Virus record (IMG/VR): IMGVR_UViG_3300037722_001090
Reading direction: 5' to 3' (one strand)
DNA from: a virus
Lineage: Duplodnaviria; Caudoviricetes
Length of the DNA: 64,000 bases
The position numbers and the translations under genes are program-made. Under the pieces are notes generated by a model that did no database searches, was not told where the DNA came from, and was given only the letters and a program-made list of their open reading frames with translations. Below are positions 8,654-18,491 of this stretch, piece after piece (within the stretch, counting starts at the first letter, position 1; every line of letters begins with the position of its first letter).

Positions 8654-11600
8654 ATGGCAATTTCTAATAAAGAGTTTATTGATGTGCTTAAAGCAGAAGG
8701 CTTATGGCCACCACAGGCAAATGCTGAAGCAGCATATGGAGCAGTTGAGTTTCCAGTAGGAAAACTTAAAATTGATGGAGATGCCTCTTTTACATCTATT
8801 TATGTAATGGACGGAGATACCATTGAGTTACATAAGCCCGGATATGTATTTAGTACAACAGGAGATCATGGCACAGTACCCGCCGAAGGCATGGATGGCA
8901 TGGCAACCTCTCTTCGTTATTATGGCTTAGATACAAAAGAGACAGCAAAAGAGGGCACAGGTAAAGCTGCAGAGCCATATGCTAATTGGCAAACTAGGGC
9001 AAACTTAGCCTTATTTAAATATGCAGAAAGAACAGGTAAAAATGTTGATGTTACTGGATACAATCAAGATGCTTACAAGAGAACAGTTGCTGCAATAAAT
9101 ATTGATGGTACGGATGTAGCTGATCTCTTTGTACGAAATGGTATATCTGCCGCAGGTACCGCCGCAGAAGCAGGCTTTGTACCTGAAGGGGGGATAACTG
9201 TTCGCTCACTGCAAGAATCAATGAATGAGGCAGCAACTAAAGGCTGGGGTCTATGGAATAAAAATCAAATTTATGATGTCTTAAGAGATGTAAATAAAGA
9301 GACTGAATATCTTGATGGTTATATTAATGATCGATTTGGTAAAGCTAAAAGCATGACAGACGATACTGTTAAGCTTGGAGACGTATATCTTGATATACCT
9401 CCTACACACATAAGTATTAATCAGTTAAGAACATCATATTCTACACCACAATTTGGTGGCGAATCAAAGCCAACATCTACAAGTACAGCGCGAACAACTA
9501 TAAAGCTAAACCTTATTTTTAATGGTGAAGACTCAGTAAACGATGATTTTAAAAGAATCTATTGGCAGTTTATCTATTGTCCAATTAACTTACTGTATTC
9601 AAAAGATATATACGAGAAGGTTGTTTCAGATAATCCTTATATAGCTAGGATGAATACTGCCACAATTAACACTGAAGAATCGTCTTCTTCTAAGTCATCT
9701 TCGTATTTTATCCCTGTAACTATGGATAGTTGGACCGTATATACTATTGAGGGTCATCCAGGGTCTATTGGATGTACAATACAGCTATCTATCTTTAACT
9801 ATTCTGCATACTTTGAAGGTGCAGGTAATGGCGTTGAATACTATACATATAGTGATAATCCAGGAAAGCATGGTAATGCAGTTAGATACACTAAGCACCT
9901 AGAAGAAGCTATTCACCCATATAACCAATATATCATGAAGCACCTCGGTAATAGCATTCAGCACTTTGATGCATCAGATAGTCGCACTCTTATTTTTAAG
10001 GTTGAAGATAATAAATCTAGATTTGAAGGTAAACAAGAAGATATTAATGAGGATGTTTCAGATTTATCTGAATATCTAAAAGTTATACTTGAATCAGAAG
10101 TTGATGAATTAATGGTTAATGGTTCTGTAACTTTTCATAATAACTTTGCATGGTTACCAATTATAGGATATACGCAACCAACAGCACAGTATATTGGTCC
10201 TGGTGAAACCAATATGTCACTAAGTATTAGAACTAAAAACAATAAAACCATATCAGGACTATTAGCAACATTTGGTGAAATGGTTCTTGATAGAACTAAA
10301 CATACATACTATGATGATAGATACTTAGTGTCCAACTCGCTGTCTAGGCTATGTAAGGCTTCTGTTTGTTCACTACGTAATATCTCAATTACAAACGTAG
10401 ATCATCACCCAGGATGGTCCGATATTAATATTCAGCTCTCTAAGTCTTCCTATGCAGATCATCAGGATGAAGTAAACCCAGCTGCAGAATTTGATGAATA
10501 TTTTGGACTACAAAGGTTGATTAAAGCTGCAAATGTAGATGAGGTTATGGAGGCTCTTGAAAGAGAACTTAAACTAGCTGACATGACAGATATATCTCTT
10601 CCTGCAGAAGATGATTTGCTAGGACAAATGTGTATACTCTCTGGTATAATAAATGCACATTCATACATTAGTGATGAAGCATACCTTGGGTACAATGAAA
10701 TACTTTCTAATATACGTGCTTTTAAAGCAACTATTAATGATAAAGACATGAAAGAGCTTGGATTTTCTAAGCCTCTTATGGGAGACATAAAAAGTCTAGA
10801 GGTAAAAGGTACGGACATAATTGATCGTATGTTCATTCAGTCTCTACCTATATCTGTAAAATCTGACCCTAAACAAATGAAAGCAATAGTTGATTTCGAA
10901 ACATACTATAATGCTAAGAAAAAAGCAGGTGTTGTTAATGAATTTGATTCTTTTGAAAGCGCACTTAGAGGAGATAATTCTAAAGAGGGTTTTGAATTAA
11001 GAGCAGAGATGATAGATAGGTATTTACCTCTTGATGAAATGATAGATATGACAGGTACTAAAAATAAAATAGTAGATGTAAATAAACACCTATTTAATGC
11101 CTGGGAAGAGTATTGGGGAGATAGACATACAGTAAGGTCGCTAAGCAGTGTATATATAAAAGATTTATTAGCTAGTGGTGTGGACACATCAGTATATGAT
11201 GAAGAAATGGAAAATATAGTATATAGGATACTTAGATCCATATCTAATGAAGGCATGATGTTAAGTTACCAGAAGGCTTGGAATCCGCTAGCTCTTTCAA
11301 TGGCTCGTGGTCATGCAATTGTTTTTAAGTTTACTGGTACAATATTAGAAGCACAAATAATTAAAGCAGCCCTTAGGGTTGGAGATGAGACATCATCTAT
11401 AATTGGAGAGGCAGCTAGTTTTGGTACGCATGGATCTAAAGCAAGAAAGTTTTTTAGTTTACAAAACAATGTTAAATATCCATCTATTTCAGTAAAGTTA
11501 ACTTGTCATAATAAGGATGTTGCATATAGTGAATATAGCACTAGTATGTCAGAGGCATCAAAAGAGGCATCATGGTCTTTAGCTACTGCGTTTAGAGCTA

Positions 11601-14600
11601 AAAAAAGTAATGATGCTATATCTAGCTTTACGGGTAATGATAAGATTAACCAATCAGAAGTAAGTAAAGAGCTAGCTCTTTTGCGCGAGGATATGGAAGA
11701 TGTTGCTTTTAGCAGAATACCTATGCCTCATGCAGCACATAGATACTTTCCTTTTATAGATCAGTATATTAAACATAGCGAGCTTTTCTCTGCAAGCATG
11801 GGTGATTGGTTTAGAAATACAGCAGAAGACGATCCTTATTCATTTTTTGAAGAAGTAAGCGAAACTGTTGAAAATTCAGTATCACCGCTCATGAACAATA
11901 AGGGGTGGACATCAACTTATCTTCAAAAAAGATATGGAAATACATATATAAACAAAATCAATGAAGATATTAATGACCCATCTAAAATAATGGAAGCACT
12001 TTCTTTACCTGTATCATCGAAGGATTCAAGCGATAGAAATAAAGATGGATCACTTGCAAGACTTAAAGACGGTAAGATGGATACATCTATGCCTAAATTT
12101 AGTAAAGATATGGTAACAGACTTGCTTGGTAACTATAAGTATGATGAAGACATTGACAATAAGCCATATAGTGGAACTGTTCATTCAGGAGTATTTATTG
12201 CAGGATTCTATGATGGTGCAAAAGATGGTAAGAGAGCAAAAGATTTTAGACAAAATACATATGATACACATTCTATATGGCTTGATAGTGACGGTGCAAT
12301 AAGCGGTCTTTATAATAAGCTAAATAGAAATCAATTAGTACCAAACGGAAACATGTTAGTAGAGGCTTCAGAAGCTCGCGAAACTAATGTTGCCTCAACA
12401 TTAATTAATGGTGTAGGAAGAAGTTTAGCTGGTCCAATAGATACATCAGTTAAGTATGCTGGTGTATTTAAATCAACATCACTTATAATGGCGCTTAATA
12501 AAAATCCTAAGATGTTCATGATAGAAACAGATAGGATACCTCCAGCACAATTTGCTCTTGGTCCAGATAGTGGACTTAATATTGTTCAGGCTGATGAAAA
12601 AATATTGACTATGTTTGTTAGAGCTATTACATCTATACATAAAGGTGGCAGTGCTACAGATTATAAGAATATTGGATGGTCAGATCGTGCATCTAGACAT
12701 TATGCTAAGGTTTTAGTTGCAGAAATTAAAACTAAATTAAGAGCAAGTGGATATTCAGACAGTTGTATTTACTATGCTAAGCAATCAGAAGTTTCTGCTT
12801 TTGTAGCACAGAAAGAAGCTATATCATATGAGGAAGGTGCACCAGAAGAAATCTTTATGAGGGCACTAAGATTAAGAGCTGACAGTAATTTGCCTGTAGC
12901 TGACTTTGTTGATGATCATACAAAAAATATAGTTGCAAGACAATCTATGGCTTCATTAATGTCAACTACATGTTTAGAGAATGCTTTCCCTACTTATAAG
13001 CTATACATTATTGAAGAAGATACATCTGACATTAGGTATTTTTCACTAGACGATTATTATGATCTAAGAACAGCACAAGACTTAATGATTATAAAATCAA
13101 AAGATAATCCAGTACATATTCTAAAAGGTAGAATAATAGTAGATCCAAGATACATAACTGTTACAGATAAGGTAAAACAAAAAGTATCAAAATACAATGA
13201 AGATAGTGAACATGAACTAAATGAGCCATCATTACAGTTTATTGATACTAGGCTTGAAAACTACTTCAATAAAGGTTTTACACCTTTAAGAGAAGGTATG
13301 CGAGTTTGCGTTAAGCTTGGATATCATACTGATCCAAGAATGCTTGATACAATATTTATTGGTACTATTACTGGATTAAAAGGTAACATGACTTCTGGTG
13401 TATATGAACTTGAAGCAAAAGGTGATGGAAGAGAATTATTATCTCCTCCTAGTCCAGAGCTAAGGCCTAACGTAAGTGGTAAGAACTTTGCAGAGGTAAT
13501 ATCAAAGATACTTAGAACTAATCCAAGTATTATTCACTTTGGTAAAACATATGGATCTTTCATTGAAAAATTCTCTAGAGATCACTATACATTACTTGCA
13601 ATAGCTAAGAATGGACTTCTGCAAGGAAGCTCAATGGCAGGTGGTGGACTAATGGGCACAATTGCAGTATCATTGTCAATGGCATCTCCACAGAGAGCTA
13701 TGTATAAGGTTGGAGCTAGAGTAATTGCTGGAATAGTAGGTATAGGTGCTGGTGGACTTATGGCTCAACTATACAGCCCAGTACCATATAGTTTAATACA
13801 GAAAAGTAGAGATAAGTTTAAGCACGAAGCATTAGCGCAGTATAGTGGACATATATTCAAAGGGCTTTGGTTTTCAGAGGAGTTTAAAGCTGCAAACTTT
13901 TCACAAGCAAAAAAATGGATTCAAGGACATACATTCGATCCAGCAAAAGCGGCAAGAGAGGTTGCAGAGATATCTTACAATACACTTAAGTATGGTAATG
14001 ATCCTATTGATGACAATATATTAGCAGTTGATATTTGGCAAACAGGAATGACTCCATGGAAAACATTCAATATGCCTGTTAATGGAGCAAGAACCGTATG
14101 GGACATTCTTGTAGATATAAAAAGAATGTATCCTAACTTTGCACTAGACATTAGGCCATATGGCAATAGATCAACATTATTTATGGGGCCTTATGAGTCT
14201 GAAATGTGGAGAACAGATGACCCTCTACAGGCAATGGCTCCACAGTTATATCAAATGAGCAACGGAGCACCTTGGGCAGATGGACAGGCTTACGCTGAGC
14301 ATACTAAGGCTGCTATTGAAAATATGGTTACTAGAGATCAGTTTCATAATGCTACTCCAAATACACGTAATATAGCGCCTAGAGAGCCATTCCAAAGAAC
14401 ACACTTAGTGTCTTCCTTTAGCGATATAATTATGAATGGAGTTAGATCTACACCATATAGGGGATGGAACGATGTAATAGTTTCTTACTCTAAAGATCCA
14501 GATGATGATGATTCGCCTCCAATTGTAAATCAAGTTGTTAATGCACAGCTAGATCCTAAAGCTAAAAGGACAAAGTATGTAAACCTTGACTGGACAAATG

Positions 14601-16069
14601 ATAAGCAAATGGCTAATGCATATGCTTTAGGTTTCCTTAAAGAAGGTGTTGGTAAAATGTACGGAGGGACACTAAGCATTAGAGGTAACTCTAAAGTTGA
14701 ACCACACGATAAAGTATATATTTGCGATTCAGTTAATAAAATGTTTGGATGGATAGAAGTAGAAACAGTAATACATAAGCTAGACATGAATACTGGATTT
14801 ACTACACATATTGTTCCAAACATGGTATGTTCAATTAATGATGATGCCTATACAACAACAAGTCAGTTGTTCCGTAAGAAAATGCTTGGCAGTGTAGCTA
14901 AATTAATTTTACATACAGCAGCCGCTTATCCTGCAGGTATTGCACTGACTGCCGTGTTAGCGCCAGTATTAGGCTCTGCCGCATTTATAGTCGGTATTGT
15001 ACTTGGTACAGCTGCTCTTGGATATACTGTGTATCAATCAGCCAGTGCAATAAAAAGTAAAGCTGAAGCTATTATGACCGAGGCTACAGCTAACGGACTT
15101 ATAAAAGAAGAACAGGAGTATATTCAGCATAAGCTTCAAAACATACTAATGGTGTCTACTATGAAGTCATCTTTCGATTTGGGTATATTCTCACACTATG
15201 TATTGAAGTTTACTGGCGGACCAGGTAACATTAAAAGGAATGTTCTTGCATACACAACTAATACGGCAGAAAGAGCAGCGCTTATAGAAAAGGTTTCAGC
15301 GGGATCTAAGGCAAGGTTTGCAGTTGCAAGCAATTATATAGCTAAGCTCAGCAATAAAACTGGTGTTACCTCTACATCAAAAATGAAGAAAATACTAGAT
15401 GATGCAGCTAAAAAAATGGGAAGAGCTCCAATTAACTTTGACGACTACGAAGTAAAAATGGCTGCTGCTGTAACACCAGAAGAAAGAGTTCTTCAAAGAA
15501 AGATGTTAGCTATAGAAATTGAAGATTTAGTTAAAGAAGCAGCTAATGATTTTTCTGACGATGTTAAGACTAAAATTACAAGCACAATAAACGATCCTGC
15601 TGCACTAGATAAACTAACAAACTCTTCAGTCATTGAACCTGAGATACCAAAAGCAGGAGATGGTAAGGTTAATACTAGAGCTGCCGCAGCTAAGCCATTT
15701 AAGCCAATAGCAACCAAAGCTAATCTAAAAATAGCAGCTGGTGGATTCTTAGCCTTCCTAGCACTTGGAGCCGAGTTATTACCTTTAGGTTTTGAAACTA
15801 TTGCTATGAATGCAATGCTTAAGTCTAATGTAATATTTTGTTCACCATTAACACACAAGTCAAGTCAAATGATGACTGGACTAGAAGGCTATATTAATCA
15901 GTCTTCTTATCTACACCTAGGAAGTATGATTATTCATGCTAAGGACTTTATGAATGATGCTATTGATTCTGTTAGGAATTGGGACCAGGTAGTACAAATA
16001 GGTGACTCTTCATATTCTAAACTTACAAATGTGTTCGGTAGATCAGTTGATGATCAGGGAGGTATGTAA
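8654..16069 (+). CDS. Baseplate hub-like (T4 gp27/Mu gp44/P2 gpD-type) protein with N-terminal thermonuclease (SNase) domain, 2471 aa
   Basis: N-terminus has DGDT (D53,D55), LRYYGLDTKE (R88,D93,E96), DAYKR (R143), DVADLFVRNG; later hub-type strands MRVCVKLGY...IFIGTITGL...LEAKGDG and GTLSIRGNSKVEPHDKVYI...IEVETVIHKLDMNTGFTTHI; immediately upstream of spike/gp25/gpJ genes. Confidence 0.7.
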   Translation: MAISNKEFIDVLKAEGLWPPQANAEAAYGAVEFPVGKLKIDGDASFTSIYVMDGDTIELHKPGYVFSTTGDHGTVPAEGMDGMATSLRYYGLDTKETAKEGTGKAAEPYANWQTRANLALFKYAERTGKNVDVTGYNQDAYKRTVAAINIDGTDVADLFVRNGISAAGTAAEAGFVPEGGITVRSLQESMNEAATKGWGLWNKNQIYDVLRDVNKETEYLDGYINDRFGKAKSMTDDTVKLGDVYLDIPPTHISINQLRTSYSTPQFGGESKPTSTSTARTTIKLNLIFNGEDSVNDDFKRIYWQFIYCPINLLYSKDIYEKVVSDNPYIARMNTATINTEESSSSKSSSYFIPVTMDSWTVYTIEGHPGSIGCTIQLSIFNYSAYFEGAGNGVEYYTYSDNPGKHGNAVRYTKHLEEAIHPYNQYIMKHLGNSIQHFDASDSRTLIFKVEDNKSRFEGKQEDINEDVSDLSEYLKVILESEVDELMVNGSVTFHNNFAWLPIIGYTQPTAQYIGPGETNMSLSIRTKNNKTISGLLATFGEMVLDRTKHTYYDDRYLVSNSLSRLCKASVCSLRNISITNVDHHPGWSDINIQLSKSSYADHQDEVNPAAEFDEYFGLQRLIKAANVDEVMEALERELKLADMTDISLPAEDDLLGQMCILSGIINAHSYISDEAYLGYNEILSNIRAFKATINDKDMKELGFSKPLMGDIKSLEVKGTDIIDRMFIQSLPISVKSDPKQMKAIVDFETYYNAKKKAGVVNEFDSFESALRGDNSKEGFELRAEMIDRYLPLDEMIDMTGTKNKIVDVNKHLFNAWEEYWGDRHTVRSLSSVYIKDLLASGVDTSVYDEEMENIVYRILRSISNEGMMLSYQKAWNPLALSMARGHAIVFKFTGTILEAQIIKAALRVGDETSSIIGEAASFGTHGSKARKFFSLQNNVKYPSISVKLTCHNKDVAYSEYSTSMSEASKEASWSLATAFRAKKSNDAISSFTGNDKINQSEVSKELALLREDMEDVAFSRIPMPHAAHRYFPFIDQYIKHSELFSASMGDWFRNTAEDDPYSFFEEVSETVENSVSPLMNNKGWTSTYLQKRYGNTYINKINEDINDPSKIMEALSLPVSSKDSSDRNKDGSLARLKDGKMDTSMPKFSKDMVTDLLGNYKYDEDIDNKPYSGTVHSGVFIAGFYDGAKDGKRAKDFRQNTYDTHSIWLDSDGAISGLYNKLNRNQLVPNGNMLVEASEARETNVASTLINGVGRSLAGPIDTSVKYAGVFKSTSLIMALNKNPKMFMIETDRIPPAQFALGPDSGLNIVQADEKILTMFVRAITSIHKGGSATDYKNIGWSDRASRHYAKVLVAEIKTKLRASGYSDSCIYYAKQSEVSAFVAQKEAISYEEGAPEEIFMRALRLRADSNLPVADFVDDHTKNIVARQSMASLMSTTCLENAFPTYKLYIIEEDTSDIRYFSLDDYYDLRTAQDLMIIKSKDNPVHILKGRIIVDPRYITVTDKVKQKVSKYNEDSEHELNEPSLQFIDTRLENYFNKGFTPLREGMRVCVKLGYHTDPRMLDTIFIGTITGLKGNMTSGVYELEAKGDGRELLSPPSPELRPNVSGKNFAEVISKILRTNPSIIHFGKTYGSFIEKFSRDHYTLLAIAKNGLLQGSSMAGGGLMGTIAVSLSMASPQRAMYKVGARVIAGIVGIGAGGLMAQLYSPVPYSLIQKSRDKFKHEALAQYSGHIFKGLWFSEEFKAANFSQAKKWIQGHTFDPAKAAREVAEISYNTLKYGNDPIDDNILAVDIWQTGMTPWKTFNMPVNGARTVWDILVDIKRMYPNFALDIRPYGNRSTLFMGPYESEMWRTDDPLQAMAPQLYQMSNGAPWADGQAYAEHTKAAIENMVTRDQFHNATPNTRNIAPREPFQRTHLVSSFSDIIMNGVRSTPYRGWNDVIVSYSKDPDDDDSPPIVNQVVNAQLDPKAKRTKYVNLDWTNDKQMANAYALGFLKEGVGKMYGGTLSIRGNSKVEPHDKVYICDSVNKMFGWIEVETVIHKLDMNTGFTTHIVPNMVCSINDDAYTTTSQLFRKKMLGSVAKLILHTAAAYPAGIALTAVLAPVLGSAAFIVGIVLGTAALGYTVYQSASAIKSKAEAIMTEATANGLIKEEQEYIQHKLQNILMVSTMKSSFDLGIFSHYVLKFTGGPGNIKRNVLAYTTNTAERAALIEKVSAGSKARFAVASNYIAKLSNKTGVTSTSKMKKILDDAAKKMGRAPINFDDYEVKMAAAVTPEERVLQRKMLAIEIEDLVKEAANDFSDDVKTKITSTINDPAALDKLTNSSVIEPEIPKAGDGKVNTRAAAAKPFKPIATKANLKIAAGGFLAFLALGAELLPLGFETIAMNAMLKSNVIFCSPLTHKSSQMMTGLEGYINQSSYLHLGSMIIHAKDFMNDAIDSVRNWDQVVQIGDSSYSKLTNVFGRSVDDQGGM

Positions 16070-16443
16070 TGAGTGACTTAAGAGATTTAGATAGTGGAGT
16101 AAATGAAGCTAAAGGAGATATCGGTAGGTGGCAAGGCATAAATAGTCAGGCCAGACAAGTCTCAATAGCAGAAGTAGTAAGTGAAGATACTTCAAAAAAT
16201 ATCTTTATTATCTACTTTAAGGATGATAAAGTTGAGGTTCCTGCAGTATTGTTGGGGAACCTCAACGGAATCATTGGATCAGCTACTCCAGAGGTTGGAG
16301 AGTTAGTATTAGTGGTGCATAATGAAACATCAGATGCTATAATTATTGGACTATTGGATAAGCAAAGATCTATTCCATGGGCAGATAACAGTAAGTCAAG
16401 TGCATATAATAAAAATGGCATTATAGGTGCAATGGGGAATTAA
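16069..16443 (+). CDS. Baseplate spike OB-fold protein (gp5/gpV N-terminal-like)
   Basis: VSIAEVVSED...TPEVGELVLVV...IIIGLL pattern of gpV OB-fold; follows hub with TAATG overlap. Confidence 0.6.
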   Translation: MSDLRDLDSGVNEAKGDIGRWQGINSQARQVSIAEVVSEDTSKNIFIIYFKDDKVEVPAVLLGNLNGIIGSATPEVGELVLVVHNETSDAIIIGLLDKQRSIPWADNSKSSAYNKNGIIGAMGN

Positions 16444-16445
16444 TA

Positions 16446-16841
16446 ATGACAATTAAGAATACAGAACTCAGCAGCTTTGGCACACAAAACGACAAACAAG
16501 ATCCTAGTCAAGCTCCTATGGTAAATCCGGATTTAGATGAAAGAAAGATATCAACACGCACTGGTAATGCACAAATTATTATTAAAGATAATATATTGCT
16601 ATTATCAAATAGAGCTAATGGAATAATGATTAATGAAAGAGGAACAGTTGTATGTAATCCCTTACATATAGCAACAGATCCATCTACTACTAGGATAAAC
16701 TCATTCTGGGTAATTAATGACGAAATTATGACAGGATTACCATCAACAATTTATACACCAATGCCATTATTAAAATATAAACGTCCCGCAATAGCAGATC
16801 AGATTTCTGATTTAGCAAAAAAGCTTGCTGCAATAGGATAA
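16446..16841 (+). CDS. Putative spike-associated beta-strand protein
   Basis: Short beta-strand repeats (TGNAQIIIKDNILLLSNRANGIMINERG); lies between OB-fold gene and gp25-like gene. Confidence 0.35.
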   Translation: MTIKNTELSSFGTQNDKQDPSQAPMVNPDLDERKISTRTGNAQIIIKDNILLLSNRANGIMINERGTVVCNPLHIATDPSTTRINSFWVINDEIMTGLPSTIYTPMPLLKYKRPAIADQISDLAKKLAAIG

Positions 16842-16843
16842 GC

Positions 16844-16853
16844 GTTATTAACA
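16844..16853 (+). promoter_or_regulatory. GTTAWTAACA element (candidate late promoter)
   Basis: GTTATTAACA in intergenic space, 18 nt before ATG 16872; same motif recurs before other late genes and intron ORFs. Confidence 0.5.
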
Positions 16854-16871
16854 AATAGTCAGGAGTAAACA

Positions 16872-17273
16872 ATGCTAAGTATTTTAGATATGAAAACAGA
16901 TAATTCTGATGATATCATTATTAATGGTGACATTGAATTTGAAAACGATACGCTTCTTTCTACAATAAAGACAGCTGAAAGGCGTATTACTGCTAGATAT
17001 GATGATTTTCAACTGAGTAATATATCAGCTGGACTCGAGAGTCATGTATGGCATAGAATTAATGAGTCTACAAAATATGCGATCAGCGAAGACATAAAGC
17101 GTGCATTAACATTAAATGGACTTATTGGTTTAAATGAATATAAAACCATTCTTCTGGATGAACTTGCAGATGGTAGTATGCCTATTATCATTAAGTTCAC
17201 ATCACCATATATTTCATCAAACTACTCCTTTAGTACAATAGTAAATCAACAGAATCAGAGGTCTTATAATTAA
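16872..17273 (+). CDS. Baseplate wedge subunit, gp25/gpW-like
   Basis: 133 aa, DIIINGDIEF N-terminus, directly upstream of gpJ-like gene; AGGAG RBS. Confidence 0.6.
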   Translation: MLSILDMKTDNSDDIIINGDIEFENDTLLSTIKTAERRITARYDDFQLSNISAGLESHVWHRINESTKYAISEDIKRALTLNGLIGLNEYKTILLDELADGSMPIIIKFTSPYISSNYSFSTIVNQQNQRSYN

Positions 17274-17274
17274 T

Positions 17275-18489
17275 ATGGCTACCTACAAAGATAAGCAAGA
17301 CAGAATTTTAAAGGTTATGTCAGAGAGAGCTGGATTTTCTAGCCTAGTACCTGGCACAAAAGGCTATCAACTAGCAGAGGCGTTTGCATATGAACAAATG
17401 TTACAAGAGTCTGAAATTGAAGAGTTTACTAGAAAAAATAGTATCTTAACTGCTAAAAAGCAAGAGCTTGATGATATTGGTGAGAATTTTTTTAACGTTA
17501 AGAGACTTGGAAATATTAAACCTTTTATTACGTCATCAATGAAAGCACTTAAGTTTTACGTTGATACAGCTCAGTCATTTGGCCAAATAAATGTCATAAA
17601 GCAGGCAGGCATTGAAATACCTCAAGACATTATAATCCCAGAAGGTGTAATTATAAGTGGCACAAAAGATGGTATTGATTATAAGTTTAGAGTTTCAAAA
17701 ACAACGATATTACCTAAAGATGATAATGTAGCATACGTGCAAGCAGAGTTAATGCAAGGTCCACTTGCACAGATACCAGCGAACATATTAAAGATGCATA
17801 GTTTTACTAAATATACACAAGCAACAAGTAATATGCTTAAGGTTACAAATCCAGTTCCAGTTATGAATGGAAGGCAATCAGAGAGTGATGATAACTATAG
17901 GTTTAGAGTCTCTAATGCATTAAGTGCATTTCCAAGAACAAACACAACAGCTATACATCAATTACTAACTGAACTTCCAGCTATATCTAACGTATATATA
18001 GAGCCATCATCTAATGGTGGTGGAACATTTACTGTATATGTACAAGGTACAACACCAATTACTGGGGATGAAATAATCCGTGAAGCAGAGATGGTTCTTG
18101 AGCGAGTTATTAGTCCATGGATAGTATCTTATACTGTAGTTAAGCCAAGTTATATTGGTATTCAGGCATCTATAGATATGGTTCTTAGAGATAGTTTTAA
18201 CTCCAATATTACGTCTTTAATATCTCAAAAGGTAACTAATTATCTTGATAACTTTGATGGGGATACATTTTATATAAACTCCATATTAAGTCTTGTACAA
18301 GGGATGCATCAAGATATACTAGATGTATCATTTAACTATGTTAGGGTTTATTCTGGGTCAGAAGATATAAGATCTTATGAGGAATTAGACTTTACCGTAA
18401 ATCCAAACCCCATAATTAGCATTAGTATTAAAGAGAAGTTAATTTCAGAGCCTATCTCTAATCCAATTACATTAACTATAACGGTTTAA
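17275..18489 (+). CDS. Baseplate J-like wedge protein
   Basis: IIIPEGVIISG...YKFRV; VTNPVPVMNGRQSESDDNYRFRV (E-S-D-x-x-Y-R-x-R motif); GTFTVYV. Confidence 0.85.
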   Translation: MATYKDKQDRILKVMSERAGFSSLVPGTKGYQLAEAFAYEQMLQESEIEEFTRKNSILTAKKQELDDIGENFFNVKRLGNIKPFITSSMKALKFYVDTAQSFGQINVIKQAGIEIPQDIIIPEGVIISGTKDGIDYKFRVSKTTILPKDDNVAYVQAELMQGPLAQIPANILKMHSFTKYTQATSNMLKVTNPVPVMNGRQSESDDNYRFRVSNALSAFPRTNTTAIHQLLTELPAISNVYIEPSSNGGGTFTVYVQGTTPITGDEIIREAEMVLERVISPWIVSYTVVKPSYIGIQASIDMVLRDSFNSNITSLISQKVTNYLDNFDGDTFYINSILSLVQGMHQDILDVSFNYVRVYSGSEDIRSYEELDFTVNPNPIISISIKEKLISEPISNPITLTITV

Positions 18490-18491
18490 AT

